Shown piece by piece: positions 28,458-39,213 of a stretch of DNA of 64,000 nt; position 1 is the stretch's first letter; every line of letters begins with the position of its first letter. The translations under genes and the position numbers were made by a program. Source of the stretch: Bacilli bacterium (GTDB lineage: Bacteria > Bacillota_I > Bacilli_A > RFN20 > CAG-826); NCBI GenBank assembly GCA_024408505.1, contig JAKSUZ010000002.1, forward strand, positions 1,337 to 65,336, read 5' to 3'. The notes beneath the pieces are model-generated. The model saw only the letters and a list, made by a program, of their open reading frames with translations, did not search any database and was not told the DNA's origin.

Positions 28458-28646
28458 ATGCGTGATCCGAAACGAATACCAATAATATTAAAAGAAATCG
28501 AAAAAATTTGGAATGGCTCTCCTGATTTAAGGCTAGGACAACTTTTATGCAATGTTTTAAGAGACCCTGCTCTTTATTATGTTGAGGATGAAAAATTAAT
28601 TGAGTATCTAAAAATGTATTATTGCGGATCAGAAATACAAAATTAA
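28458..28646 (+). CDS. Small conserved protein (YihD/DUF1040-like pattern, unverified)
   Basis: GGAG RBS 6 nt before ATG 28458. Pattern IEKIWNGSPDLRLGQLLCNV...DEKLIEYLK. Confidence 0.5.
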   Translation: MRDPKRIPIILKEIEKIWNGSPDLRLGQLLCNVLRDPALYYVEDEKLIEYLKMYYCGSEIQN

Positions 28647-29330
28647 ATGATTTATATTACAGGCGATACACACGGCGATATTGATTTTAATAAACTTGAA
28701 AGGCTAAAAGAAAAGAAATTAACTTACAAGGATACTTTAGTTATTCTTGGTGATTGTGGAATTTGTTGGTCAATTAAAGAAACTACTTATCTATTAGAAC
28801 TATATCGTTCGTTAAGATGTACCATCATTTTTCTTGATGGCAATCACGAAAATTTTGATATCCTTGAATCCTTACCAGTAGTTGAACATTGCGGTGCATT
28901 AATGCATAGTGTAGATAAACATATCTACCATGTAATGCGTGGAGAAATAATGAACATTGAGGGAATAACTTTTCTTTGTATAGGCGGAGCGCATTCAATT
29001 GACATTATGTGGCGGGTCCCAGGTATATCGTGGTGGCCAAGAGAAAATATTGAAGAACGAGATATCAATAACGCCAAAAAGAAACTTAGAAAATATAACA
29101 ATCAAGTCGATTTTGTTTTAACTCACTGTGTAGATTCATTAACTGTAACTAAAATCCTTAAATTTGAAAAAGATAGTTCAACCGATCAATTAAAGTTTAT
29201 TGATAGAACAGTTAAATATAAATACTGGTTATTTGGTCATTATCATTATGATTTTTGGCTAAACAAAAAGAAATTATGTATGTACCAAGACATCTATCAA
29301 ATCAATAAAGAAAAATTAATAAAAATATAG
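28647..29330 (+). CDS. Metallophosphoesterase (calcineurin-like)
   Basis: ITGDTHGD, ILGDCG, DGNHEN, GGAHS, LTHC and GHYH metal-ligand motifs occur in the canonical order. Confidence 0.8.
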   Translation: MIYITGDTHGDIDFNKLERLKEKKLTYKDTLVILGDCGICWSIKETTYLLELYRSLRCTIIFLDGNHENFDILESLPVVEHCGALMHSVDKHIYHVMRGEIMNIEGITFLCIGGAHSIDIMWRVPGISWWPRENIEERDINNAKKKLRKYNNQVDFVLTHCVDSLTVTKILKFEKDSSTDQLKFIDRTVKYKYWLFGHYHYDFWLNKKKLCMYQDIYQINKEKLIKI

Positions 29331-29341
29331 ATGACATTTTA

Positions 29342-29350
29342 TGTTATAAT
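29342..29350 (+). promoter_or_regulatory. Extended -10 promoter element (TGTTATAAT)
   Basis: Perfect TGnTATAAT, 12 nt after the stop of the upstream gene. The only + strand feature downstream is the repeat-containing unit ending in a terminator. Confidence 0.5.
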
Positions 29351-29375
29351 AATAATGCAATCGAAAGGTTGCGCA

Positions 29376-29456
29376 TTGCCGTTAGTCGAGATACGGCTAA
29401 TAAAAGCTCGATGAAAAATCTTGCCGTTAGTCGAGATACGGGGTATAAAAGCTCGA
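29376..29456 (+). repeat. Tandem direct repeat, 2 x 36 nt with a 45-nt period
   Basis: 29376-29411 is TTGCCGTTAGTCGAGATACGGCTAATAAAAGCTCGA. 29421-29456 is TTGCCGTTAGTCGAGATACGGGGTATAAAAGCTCGA. They match at 33 of 36 positions. Confidence 0.9.
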
Positions 29457-29467
29457 CTTAACAATTT

Positions 29468-29492
29468 CGTTCTCACATCGAGAACGTTTTTT
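29468..29492 (+). terminator. Rho-independent terminator
   Basis: CGTTCTC-ACATC-GAGAACG followed by TTTTTTG. Confidence 0.8.
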
Positions 29493-29515
29493 GTTAATAT
29501 ATAAGTTATGCAAGG

Positions 29516-30163
29516 CTAATTCTTTTTTGCTAAATCTACGTAGTAACGAATAATACCAAAATCAAATTCCGCAAAAGGAGTCTTACTAGTCAATTCAACA
29601 TCAATTGTATTATCTTTCGCTATAATCTTAAATCTTTGAAGGTTCATGGCGGTAGGTGCGCTCATCGCGGCTCTTACTACGAAATCGAAATTAGTCGGTT
29701 TACTCCCTTCAACTTTAGTTAATTTATCAATGTCTTTATTTTTGTGTGGATGACCCTCATTCGCTCCATAGCCAAAGGCTAGTGCGCATTGAATTGTTTG
29801 ATCATCCTTTTCAAACATGCGCTTTTTATATGATGCTCCAACATAGCACGTTGCAATGCCCATTTCATGAAGCTTAAGCATAATCTTCGCACTATAGTAT
29901 CCAGCTTCAACTGGATCATCGTGATAGAAAACTATGATATTTTGACATCCTTCCATCGTATGACGAGCGATGATTGAAGTAAATGCTTCTGGTTTATCAA
30001 AGAAGGCTTCAAAATGCGTTCCGTGTTGACGATTAATTTCATCAATCATATCAGTAATTTGGACTCGTTTCTCATCTTCGATGCGACGATCAACATAGCT
30101 TCGCACTGAATGTCTACTTTCTAAGAATTCAACTAAATTTTTCATAAGATTCTCCTTATTCAT
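29516..30163 (-). CDS. Nitroreductase-family protein
   Basis: RHSVRSY motif near the N-terminus and nitroreductase-like length. Overlaps the uvrB stop by 8 nt. Confidence 0.7.
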   Translation of the reverse strand: MNKENLMKNLVEFLESRHSVRSYVDRRIEDEKRVQITDMIDEINRQHGTHFEAFFDKPEAFTSIIARHTMEGCQNIIVFYHDDPVEAGYYSAKIMLKLHEMGIATCYVGASYKKRMFEKDDQTIQCALAFGYGANEGHPHKNKDIDKLTKVEGSKPTNFDFVVRAAMSAPTAMNLQRFKIIAKDNTIDVELTSKTPFAEFDFGIIRYYVDLAKKN

Positions 30164-32129
30164 TATCGGCTTTTAATTCTAATAATATATCGCGTAATTC
30201 CGCTGCTCTTTCAAAGTTATATTCTTTCGCGGCTTGTCGCATTTCTTTTTCAATTTGTTTCATTTGTGCGGTTAATTCAGATTTAGATTTCTTACCTTTC
30301 TTAGTGAATTTAGTTAAATCACTTTCTTTATTAGAGATTGGTAAACGAATTTCTTTAATAATGGTTTCAGGGATAATTCCATTATCTTTGTTATATTTTT
30401 CTTGAATCGCTCGTCTACGATTAGTTTCCGCAATGGCTTCTTTCATCGAATCAGTCATATGATCAGCGTACATAATAACTTGACCGTTTTTATTTCTCGC
30501 TGTTCGACCAATAATTTGAATTAAGCTTCTCGTGCTTCTTAGGAATCCTTCTTTATCCGCATCAAGAATACAAATTAAAGATACTTCAGGAATATCTAAG
30601 CCCTCACGAAGAAGGTTAATGCCGACTAAGATATCGTATTTACCTTTTCTTAGTTCATAAATAATTGCGCTTCTTTCTAAAGTTTTAGTCTCATTATGTA
30701 AATAAGTAACTTTATAGCCTCGATCTTTTAAATAAGCAGTTAAATCTTCCGCCATCTTAATCGTTAAAGTAACAATCATTACTCTTTCTTTATTTTTAAT
30801 ACGCTTATTAACTTCACTAATGATGTCATCAATTTGACCCATCGTTTTTCTTACTTCAACTTTAGGATCAAGTAAACCGGTTGGGCGAATAATTTGCTCT
30901 ACGACTTTATTATTAGCTCTCGCTAATTCATAGTCTCCAGGGGTTGCACTGGTGCAGATTGTTTGCGGCATTACACTTTCAAATTCTTCAAAATTAAGTG
31001 GACGGTTATCAAGCGCACTAGGAAGACGGAAGCCGTATTCCACTAATACTTCTTTTCGACTTCGATCGCCATTATACATCCCTCTAACTTGAGGAATAGA
31101 AACATGCGACTCATCAATCACTAACATAAAGTCTTTTGGGAAATAATCAATTAAGTTAAATGGTCTTTCACCCGCTTTACGTCCATCAATATGTCTAGAA
31201 TAGTTTTCAATTCCTTTACACATTCCGAATTCAAGCATGCTTTCAATATCTTGACGTGTTCTCATATCAAGTCGTTCTGCTTCTAGCAATTTGCCATGTT
31301 TCTTAAAATATTTAAGACGATCATCTAATTCTTCTTTAATAGAAGTAGTTGCACGTTTAATTCTTTCGCGAGTAGAAGCGTGGTCATATGCCGGGAAGAT
31401 TGGATAGGTTTTAAATGAACCTCTTATTTCTCCAGTTAACGGATCAACTTCTTCAATCTTTTCAATCTCATCACCAAAGCAATCAATCCGAATTACAAAA
31501 TCGCGCGAATGAACGGGCGCGATTTCAATAATGTCTCCACGGTTACGGAAAGTTCCAGGCGCTAATTCAAGATTATTTCTAGTGTATTGAGCATCCACTA
31601 GTTGTTTATAAAAGTCTTGGCGGTTAATTTCTTCACCAACTCTAATTTCAAACACTAAACGACGATATTCATCTGGGTCAGTTAATCCATAAATCGAAGC
31701 CACTGATGCTACTACAATCGTATCGCGTCTTTCTAAGATTGAATTAATCGCACTAGTTCTAAGCATTTCGATTTCATCATTCATGACTGCGTTTTTATCA
31801 ATATAGGTATCAGTGCTCGGAAGATATGCTTCTGGTTGATAAAAATCGAAATTAGACACGAAATACTCTACTCGGTTATTAGGGAACAGTTCTTTAAATT
31901 CACCATATAATTGACCCGCAAGGGTTTTATTATGCACTAAAACTAATGTTGGTCTTTGGACTTTTTCAATTACATTAGCAATGGTAAAAGTTTTACCTGT
32001 ACCGGTTGCGCCAAGTAATACTTGAACTTGCTTTTTCTTTTTTAATCCATCAACCAAAGATGCAATCGCTTCTGGTTGATCACCAGTCGGTTTATAATTC
32101 GAAACAATTTTAAATTTTTGTTCACTCAT
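30156..32129 (-). CDS. uvrB: Excinuclease ABC subunit B
   Basis: [10 protein letters not shown] Walker A, DESH box, helicase motifs and a C-terminal UVR domain (FERAAELRD). Confidence 0.95.
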   Translation of the reverse strand: MSEQKFKIVSNYKPTGDQPEAIASLVDGLKKKKQVQVLLGATGTGKTFTIANVIEKVQRPTLVLVHNKTLAGQLYGEFKELFPNNRVEYFVSNFDFYQPEAYLPSTDTYIDKNAVMNDEIEMLRTSAINSILERRDTIVVASVASIYGLTDPDEYRRLVFEIRVGEEINRQDFYKQLVDAQYTRNNLELAPGTFRNRGDIIEIAPVHSRDFVIRIDCFGDEIEKIEEVDPLTGEIRGSFKTYPIFPAYDHASTRERIKRATTSIKEELDDRLKYFKKHGKLLEAERLDMRTRQDIESMLEFGMCKGIENYSRHIDGRKAGERPFNLIDYFPKDFMLVIDESHVSIPQVRGMYNGDRSRKEVLVEYGFRLPSALDNRPLNFEEFESVMPQTICTSATPGDYELARANNKVVEQIIRPTGLLDPKVEVRKTMGQIDDIISEVNKRIKNKERVMIVTLTIKMAEDLTAYLKDRGYKVTYLHNETKTLERSAIIYELRKGKYDILVGINLLREGLDIPEVSLICILDADKEGFLRSTRSLIQIIGRTARNKNGQVIMYADHMTDSMKEAIAETNRRRAIQEKYNKDNGIIPETIIKEIRLPISNKESDLTKFTKKGKKSKSELTAQMKQIEKEMRQAAKEYNFERAAELRDILLELKADNE

Positions 32130-33100
32130 TTTTTCTTTGATTTCATCTTTTCTTTAACGCGAATTGGTAAGAACCCTTCGCCTAATACTAGATTAGCGCT
32201 AGATACCGTAACAAAAGCTTTTTGATCAATCTTAGCAATTTGATTTCTTACTTCTGGTAAGCTACGCTTATCAACCACAAAACGAACCATCTTATATTTT
32301 TTCTTAGTGTAACTACCTTCAACATCAATAATGGTTGAAGTTCTATCTAATACTTTAATAATGTAATCATCGATTTCTTTATAATGAGTGGTAATAATAT
32401 CAATAATGCAAGCGTTATTGGTGCTAACATACATCACCTCAATCACAACAGCACTAATTAATGCAGATAAAACTCCAACAAAAGCCGGAATTACGTGTTC
32501 TGGGATAGCAAACGCACTAGCGAAAATAATGACGCCATCAAAAAGGAACGAGGTGATTGATACTTTGATATGTAGATATTTATAACAAATAAAGCATAAG
32601 ACATCTAATCCACCAGTTGAACCGTCACCTAGGAAGGTAAGCGCAACACCAATACCAACAAATAGTCCGCCGAAAATACCTGCTAATAATAAAGCCATGT
32701 AATAATCGTTACGGGGGTCACTAACATCAAAATATTCAATAATAAAATTAAACATTCCGGTTCGCATAATTAAAGTTAAGAACGCTGGGAAGGCAAAAGT
32801 TGCAATCAAGGTATGAATCGTAAACTTCTTACCTAAGAAAATAAATGAAATAATAAATAAAATAATATTAAACGACCAAACAACAATATCAACGATATTA
32901 AAACCAATCGTAGATTCTAAATAATGGTTAATAATGATACCAATACCACTAATACCACCAGCAACAACTTTAGCCGGAGTTAAAAAGACCGCGGTACCAA
33001 ATGCTAGAACAAAGCTACCTAAGATACAAAGTAAGATATGTTTGATTTCTTTCTTATGATTAATAAGGAAATTAGTGAATTTGTTGTTACTTGACGCCAT
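32126..33100 (-). CDS. YitT-family membrane protein (DUF2179-containing)
   Basis: Five to six TM helices with GGxSGxG and GGSTGGLD motifs, plus a C-terminal soluble DUF2179-like domain. Confidence 0.75.
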   Translation of the reverse strand: MASSNNKFTNFLINHKKEIKHILLCILGSFVLAFGTAVFLTPAKVVAGGISGIGIIINHYLESTIGFNIVDIVVWSFNIILFIISFIFLGKKFTIHTLIATFAFPAFLTLIMRTGMFNFIIEYFDVSDPRNDYYMALLLAGIFGGLFVGIGVALTFLGDGSTGGLDVLCFICYKYLHIKVSITSFLFDGVIIFASAFAIPEHVIPAFVGVLSALISAVVIEVMYVSTNNACIIDIITTHYKEIDDYIIKVLDRTSTIIDVEGSYTKKKYKMVRFVVDKRSLPEVRNQIAKIDQKAFVTVSSANLVLGEGFLPIRVKEKMKSKKK

Positions 33101-34203
33101 GACGTTTAGCCTCCATCTCTAAATAATGATAGATGAATCCATCTAAATCTCCATCCATCACTCCGTTTACATCAACCTTTTCAAAGTCGGTGCGGTTATC
33201 CTTAACTAACGTATAAGGACAAAAAACATACGAACGGATCTGACTACCCCATTCTATATTATTTTTGACCCCAACGATAGCATCTAATTCTTTTTGTTTC
33301 TTCTCTACTTCTCTTTGATAGAGAATACCTTTAAGCATTTTCATACAATTTTCTTTGTTTTGAAGTTGACTACGTTCGACTTGGCTACTGACTACAATTC
33401 CAGTTGGTAAATGCGTAATCCGAACTGCGCTACTTACTTTATTCACGTTTTGTCCACCTGCGCCGCCACTACGGAAAGTATCAACCTTTAAATCATCTGG
33501 ATTAATTTCCACTTCAATATCATCATCAAATTCTGGAATTACGTTTACACTGGCAAAAGATGTATGTCTTCTTTTATTTGCATCAAAAGGAGATATTCTA
33601 ACTAAACGATGCACACCTTTTTCACCTTTAAGTAATCCATATGCGTGCACTCCACTAATTTTAATTGTCGCGCTTTTTAGCCCAGCTTCTTCTCCATATT
33701 GGTAATCAATAATCTCAACTTTGAAGTGATGTTTTTCCGCATAACGCGTATACATACGATAGAGCATATTCGCCCAGTCCATCGCTTCGGTTCCACCTGC
33801 GCCAGGATGAATATCAATAATCGCATTTAGATTATCAAACTCACCTGTAAATAATACTTTAATGCGCATCTCATCCACTTCTTTAATGAGTGAGGCGTAT
33901 ATTTCATTCGCAAGGTTTAACATGTCTAAATCGCCTTCTTTTAAGCTTTTAAGTAAATCGCTTAAATCTTTAAAAGAATTCTGAATATGATTGAAAGAAT
34001 TATAAATATCTTTATTACTATTTAATTCGTTAACAACTTTGACTGCGCGCTTTTGGTCATTCCAAAAATTTGGTTCGTTTTGTTCAGTTTCTAATTTATC
34101 AATCGTTGACTTTATTTTAGCGAGGTCAAAGAGAACCACCGAGCTGCTGGATCATTTCACTTAAGTGATTGAAGTCGTTTCTTAATTCCACTAGCTCTTT
34201 CAT
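33087..34203 (-). CDS. prfB: Peptide chain release factor 2, expressed via a programmed +1 frameshift
   Basis: ORF0 starts at ATG 34203 (MKELVELRNDFNHLSEMIQQLGGSL) and ends at in-frame TGA 34126-34128 within CTT TGA C. The +1 frame continues DLAKIK... through SPF and GGQ motifs to 33087. Confidence 0.9.
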
Positions 34204-34320
34204 CTTTATTCCTTCTAATTTTTAACTTCGCTATGGTTATATTTTACCGATTTTTCTTTAAGAAGGTAGAATTATTAGAAGTTTTTTCTAATATTAAGAT
34301 TAAATCTAATCGTTTTTTGA

Positions 34321-35973
34321 TTATTTATAGAACGGGTTATTCGGATCGTTTTTATATTTATCGTGATTCGACTTGTAAGGGCCTCTTAAATCTTCAACAA
34401 ATTCAGTGATTTCTTGGTTAAGCTCACCATATAATTCAAAATTCTTATAATGTTGGATAGAGTTTATTTTTTTAACATTTAAATTGAAATTTATTGTTGT
34501 GTAGCCTTCTATAAGGTAATCATCTGGATATTCTTTCATATAAGGATCTTGACCTAACAAGCCTTTAGAAAATAAGTTATAACTAGAATAATTTATTGGT
34601 TCAATATAGCCCATAATAATTCCGTCTTTTCTTAAAACAAAGTCGTTCAAGTGGTCGTGACCACAGAAGAACGATTGACCTTCCCCGAAACTTTTCATTG
34701 CATTAAAGATTGGCGTATGCTCACTTTCTTTAGCATAACGGACATCATGAGGGCTATAATTCATATCCTCTCTTCTACGACCCGTTATTACACCATCATT
34801 GTCAATACCTGCATAAGTAGCATCAGTATAAGGCCAAATATTTTCAATTGCTCCTATTCCCTGAGATTTACCTTCTCCTTCCCACTCTTTGTTTAAATAA
34901 TCGAGATATGCATCCTCCATATCTTTAATTGGATTATGAGAAAAGACAGTTGAATTAGCATTAGGCGAAATACTTCTAATTTTTTTAAATGTTTCTTGGT
35001 ACCAACTTATCTGTGAATCTTTTATATAATCATAAAATTTAATGTCACTCGCTTTACATTTTCCATTATCAATCATCCATTGTATTTCATTATTATAAAT
35101 TTTCTTATCAGCATTCGACATAACTCTTCCTGATTCAAGAAAAAACAATGATTGAGCTACTTTATTATCGCTACCTAAGATATTAATTACGTGGTTACCA
35201 ACACCTGAAACTAAATCTCCATCCGATGTATGTTTAATACTTGGATCTATTAAGCAATGATCATATTTAGACCACATATCAATCATTTCTTGACGATCCA
35301 TGGTTCCAAAATCACCTTCGTGATTTCCTAACACGCACGACCAATATACGCCTAATTCCTCTAAAGTTTTCGCAAATTGGATCGCTCTTCCTTCATTAAA
35401 TATTTCAGTGCATATATCACCACAGAATACTACAAAATCTGGTTGTTCATACATGATATTCTTAACCATAGTTGTATAGGCAGCGTTTGTGGTATTTTTT
35501 TCAGAGTCTAGATGAGTATCAGTAAGTATCATAATTTTAAAATCATCACTGATAGATCCATCTTCATTGTATTTAGCAATAGTTGTATATTCTTGGTCTT
35601 TAATTAACTTAGTAGTGTGACTAACCGGTTTAATTTCAGTTCCCCATAATAAATCCAATTTTGGGGCCGGGCCGGGATTTATCCAAAAAATTGCATGAAG
35701 CGTAATATCAGATGTAATTTTATTGTCTTTGAAAATAAATTTGGTTGGATTATCTTCATCTTCATCGTTAAGCGACCAGAATTTTAATGTTTCATCTCCT
35801 CTAGTTACAGACACTTGTGGCTCGTTCGCACACTCTCCATCTTTAACTATCTGGCTTTCAACTTCTGGGGTTCCGTTATTGACATCAAAACGAATGGTGT
35901 GTTCCTTTGTACCACAACTCGCTAAAAGCGATATAGTCATTAATGGCATTACTAATAATCCTAATTTTTTCAT
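34321..35973 (-). CDS. Lipoprotein with an N-terminal Listeria-Bacteroides-type repeat and a metallophosphoesterase domain
   Basis: MKKLGLLVMPLMTISLLASC lipobox. HTIRFDVNNGTPE...ITLHAIF repeat. Phosphoesterase motifs LTDTHLD, FCGD, LGNHEG, GHDHLND. Confidence 0.75.
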   Translation of the reverse strand: MKKLGLLVMPLMTISLLASCGTKEHTIRFDVNNGTPEVESQIVKDGECANEPQVSVTRGDETLKFWSLNDEDEDNPTKFIFKDNKITSDITLHAIFWINPGPAPKLDLLWGTEIKPVSHTTKLIKDQEYTTIAKYNEDGSISDDFKIMILTDTHLDSEKNTTNAAYTTMVKNIMYEQPDFVVFCGDICTEIFNEGRAIQFAKTLEELGVYWSCVLGNHEGDFGTMDRQEMIDMWSKYDHCLIDPSIKHTSDGDLVSGVGNHVINILGSDNKVAQSLFFLESGRVMSNADKKIYNNEIQWMIDNGKCKASDIKFYDYIKDSQISWYQETFKKIRSISPNANSTVFSHNPIKDMEDAYLDYLNKEWEGEGKSQGIGAIENIWPYTDATYAGIDNDGVITGRRREDMNYSPHDVRYAKESEHTPIFNAMKSFGEGQSFFCGHDHLNDFVLRKDGIIMGYIEPINYSSYNLFSKGLLGQDPYMKEYPDDYLIEGYTTINFNLNVKKINSIQHYKNFELYGELNQEITEFVEDLRGPYKSNHDKYKNDPNNPFYK

Positions 35974-36059
35974 AAGTATAACCTTATTTTATTATACATA
36001 AAAGATACATAGTGTAACACTCCACCCTAATTGTTATCTTGTTAGGGTTAAAGTGTTTT

Positions 36060-38507
36060 TCATTGGTTATTGGTAGAATTATTTTTATCTTTGACTTCAG
36101 CGTTTAACGCTTCTTGTTTACGTCTTTCAAGTTCTTCTTTTTCTTTCGCGATTTCTTCAGGAGTCTTAATGTGAATAATCACATTTAAAAGTTTATGCAC
36201 TACGTTAAGAGAAACATCATCTAACATTTCTCTAAACATTTGATAACCTTCATTAACATAATCTTGTAGTGGGTTAGTATTTGCGTAGCCTCTTAAATGA
36301 ATTCCTTCACGGAAAGACGCCATCGCATCAATATGCTTCATCCAACCTTGGTCAAGCGTTTGCAAAGTAATTTGTCTTTCAACTTGATCGGCAATTTCTT
36401 TACCCCATTCTTTACGTCTTTTTAAATAACGATCGAATAAGACATCGGTTAAATCAGGCGCGGCTTCTTCAACGGGCGCTTCATTAAATGCAGCGACTTT
36501 GATTGCGTTCTCAGGTAAGAAGCGTGGCATTAATTCTTTTTCTAGAATTGATGCTTTAATTAACTTCTCATGGTTATTAGGATCAATTGATTTATTCGCG
36601 ATTTTATTACCGGCTTTCTGGAAGAAGTCACTGATAATATCACCAATATCTTGCGCGAATAAAATCTTATCGCGCTTACCATATATAATTTCACGTTGCT
36701 TCGCTAAAACGTCATCATAATCAAGTAAGTTTTTACGAATATCAAAGTTCTTACCTTCAATTTGTTTTTGCGCGCCAGTAATCACATTCATTACCATACT
36801 TGATTCAAGTGCTTCGGTGCCTAAGCCTTCAAAGTAACGTACCATTCTTTCATTCGCAAAGCGTTTCATTAATTCATCATCAAGCGAAACATAGAAACGA
36901 GAGAAACCTGGGTCACCTTGACGACCAGAACGACCTCTTAACTGATTATCAATACGACGTGATTCATGACGTTCAGTGCCAAAGACACATAAACCACCAA
37001 GTTCAACTACACCGGGTCCTAATTTAATATCAGTTCCTCGACCTGCCATGTTAGTAGCAACAGTAATTTGTCCTTTTTCACCAGCATGCGAAATGATTTC
37101 CGCTTCACGTGCGTGGTTCTTAGCGTTAAGGACTTCATACTTTAATCCTTTCGTGTCTAATAATTTTGAAATTTCTTCACTACTTTCAACAGAAACTGTA
37201 CCGATTAAGATTGGTTGACCCTTATCATGTCTTTCACAAACTTCTTTTAATAAAGCTTGTAGTTTTGGTTGTTTATGTGCGTACACATAATCAATCGCAT
37301 CTTCACGAATTACTGGTTTATTAGTTGGAATACAAGTAACACGCATGTTATAAATCTTTTGGAATTCTTCTTCTTCAGTTTTCGCGGTACCAGTCATACC
37401 TGCCATCTTCTTATATAAACGGAAGAAGTTTTGATAAGTAATGGTCGCTAAGGTAATCGTTTCAGTTTTAATGTCCACATTTTCTTTAGCTTGAATAGCT
37501 TGATGTAGACCATCGCTATATTCACGGCCCTTAAGAATACGACCCGTGAATTGGTCAATTAATTGAATTTGGCGATCCGCATCCACCATGTATTCAACAT
37601 CTCTCATCATAATGAAGTTGGCTTTTAAAGCTTGATGAATACGGTGCACTAAATCAGCGTAATCTGGATTATATAGATTAGGAATCGCAAACATTCTTTC
37701 CGCTTTCTTACTTCCTTCATCAGTTAAGTGACAAGTCTTTTCTTTAATATCAATTTCAAAATCTTTATTCTTCTTTAACGTTTTAACAAAACGGTCCGCA
37801 ACGGTATATTGACTTGGAGTGGCCTTTTGTCCACCAGAAATAATTAACGGGGTTCTACTTTCATCAATTAAAATTGAGTCCGCTTCATCGACAATCGCAA
37901 AATTAAGTCCACGTAATACACGTTGCTTAACCGATTGCACCATGTTATCTCTTAGATAATCAAAGCCTAATTCACTATTCGTGGTGTAGGTAATATCACA
38001 TAAATAAGCCTCTTTCTTTTCGCTATTAGATTTCTCTCTTAAGTTACATCCAACGGTTAAACCTAAGAAACGATAAATTTGACCCATCCAGTCCGCGTCA
38101 CGACTTGCTAAGTATTCATTAACGGTAACTACATGAACACCTTTACCCGCTAAAGCGTTTAGATAAACGGCCATCGTTGCGGTTAAGGTTTTACCTTCAC
38201 CGGTTCTCATTTCAGCGACATCGCCATCATGAAGGACTAATGCGCCCATGACTTGAACTTTAAATGGGAATTGTCCTAAAGTTCTTTTGGCAGCTTCACG
38301 AGCGACTGCCATCGCTTCGTATTTAATATCTTCAAGGGTTTTACCTTGTTTTAGTTGATCTTTAAAATATTGAGTTTTCGCTCTTAATTCATCATCGCTT
38401 AACTTACGCATCGTTTCTTCAAATGCTAAAACTTTCGTGGCTTGTTTTTCATAATGTTTAGTCACGCGTTGATCGATTCGGAATATTTTTTCAATAAAGT
38501 TTGCCAT
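36060..38507 (-). CDS. secA: Preprotein translocase ATPase SecA
   Basis: MRTGEGKTL Walker A, VDEADSILIDE, TNMAGRGTDI. 815 aa. Confidence 0.95.
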   Translation of the reverse strand: MANFIEKIFRIDQRVTKHYEKQATKVLAFEETMRKLSDDELRAKTQYFKDQLKQGKTLEDIKYEAMAVAREAAKRTLGQFPFKVQVMGALVLHDGDVAEMRTGEGKTLTATMAVYLNALAGKGVHVVTVNEYLASRDADWMGQIYRFLGLTVGCNLREKSNSEKKEAYLCDITYTTNSELGFDYLRDNMVQSVKQRVLRGLNFAIVDEADSILIDESRTPLIISGGQKATPSQYTVADRFVKTLKKNKDFEIDIKEKTCHLTDEGSKKAERMFAIPNLYNPDYADLVHRIHQALKANFIMMRDVEYMVDADRQIQLIDQFTGRILKGREYSDGLHQAIQAKENVDIKTETITLATITYQNFFRLYKKMAGMTGTAKTEEEEFQKIYNMRVTCIPTNKPVIREDAIDYVYAHKQPKLQALLKEVCERHDKGQPILIGTVSVESSEEISKLLDTKGLKYEVLNAKNHAREAEIISHAGEKGQITVATNMAGRGTDIKLGPGVVELGGLCVFGTERHESRRIDNQLRGRSGRQGDPGFSRFYVSLDDELMKRFANERMVRYFEGLGTEALESSMVMNVITGAQKQIEGKNFDIRKNLLDYDDVLAKQREIIYGKRDKILFAQDIGDIISDFFQKAGNKIANKSIDPNNHEKLIKASILEKELMPRFLPENAIKVAAFNEAPVEEAAPDLTDVLFDRYLKRRKEWGKEIADQVERQITLQTLDQGWMKHIDAMASFREGIHLRGYANTNPLQDYVNEGYQMFREMLDDVSLNVVHKLLNVIIHIKTPEEIAKEKEELERRKQEALNAEVKDKNNSTNNQ

Positions 38508-38556
38508 AATAAGCGCTTAACAATTTTATCGTATTTGTAATTTTATTACAATAAAC

Positions 38557-39213
38557 TTATCTTTTTTCATAATTTTTAACTTTCGCGACAATTAAAAAAT
38601 GTAATCGTTTGGGTTGCCCTTTTTTAATTAAAGAAAGTGAGGCTTTTAGAGTCGCACCAGTAGTAGATATATCATCCACAAATAATACTTTTTTATTATG
38701 AATCTTTTCTAAATTAGAAATTTCTAATCGATTAATAACTTTATTTCTTTCTTCTTTATTTAAATCAGATTGTTTATAGTTAGTTTTCTTTTTGATAATG
38801 GGAAGAATATTTAAATTTAATACCTTAAAAATCTCGATTACATGATTAAATCCTCGTTCTTGATCATCTCTTTCTTCACTAGGAGCAGGCACTAAGATAT
38901 AACCTCGATATTTTCTAGTTAATTCATCTTTAAAATAATTTAAAAATGCTTTCGCTAGTTCAATATCTCCACATCCTTTTAAGGTATAAATCTTTTCTTT
39001 CATATAATCCGAATAAGTAAATAAATATTCTCCACTTACTCCATTAATCTTTTCACTTTTTCTAATTGGAGAAAGTAAAGATAGACAACGATCACAAATA
39101 TTAATATCCGGATGAAGTAAAGCATGCAGATTATCAATCTTAATTTCGTTAAAGCACATTATGCAATACGATTTTTTATCTTGTAAGATAGGTGTTATCA
39201 AGCTTGATGGCAT
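38557..39213 (-). CDS. comFC: ComF-family phosphoribosyltransferase-like competence protein
   Basis: N-terminal CxxC...CxxC zinc ribbon and C-terminal PRTase motif VLFVDDISTTGATL. Overlaps comFA. Confidence 0.8.
   Translation of the reverse strand: MPSSLITPILQDKKSYCIMCFNEIKIDNLHALLHPDINICDRCLSLLSPIRKSEKINGVSGEYLFTYSDYMKEKIYTLKGCGDIELAKAFLNYFKDELTRKYRGYILVPAPSEERDDQERGFNHVIEIFKVLNLNILPIIKKKTNYKQSDLNKEERNKVINRLEISNLEKIHNKKVLFVDDISTTGATLKASLSLIKKGQPKRLHFLIVAKVKNYEKR

Larger units (their letters stand above)
29357..29492 (+). ncRNA. Candidate orphan small RNA with two tandem pseudoknot-like modules
   Basis: Bounded by the extended -10 element and an intrinsic terminator. No + strand CDS follows. 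It contains two 36-nt repeats, each able to form interleaved stems (GCCGT/ACGG and GTCGAG/CTCGA) with an A-rich linker. Confidence 0.4.

Noticed and set aside
29376-29456. Possible CRISPR array or known riboswitch
   Set aside because: There are only two repeat copies, separated by a 9-nt spacer, and no cas genes, so it is not a CRISPR array. It does not fit the preQ1-I, guanidine-II (ACGR tetraloop hairpins), guanidine-III or SAM-II consensus as I remember them. No + strand gene lies downstream to regulate. I kept it as an unclassified sRNA candidate instead.
35974-36059. Hairpin ACCCTAA...TTAGGGT as the secA terminator
   Set aside because: On the minus strand it is not followed by a T-run and its position relative to the secA stop is awkward. 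It may be a weak + strand structure. The evidence is too weak to annotate.
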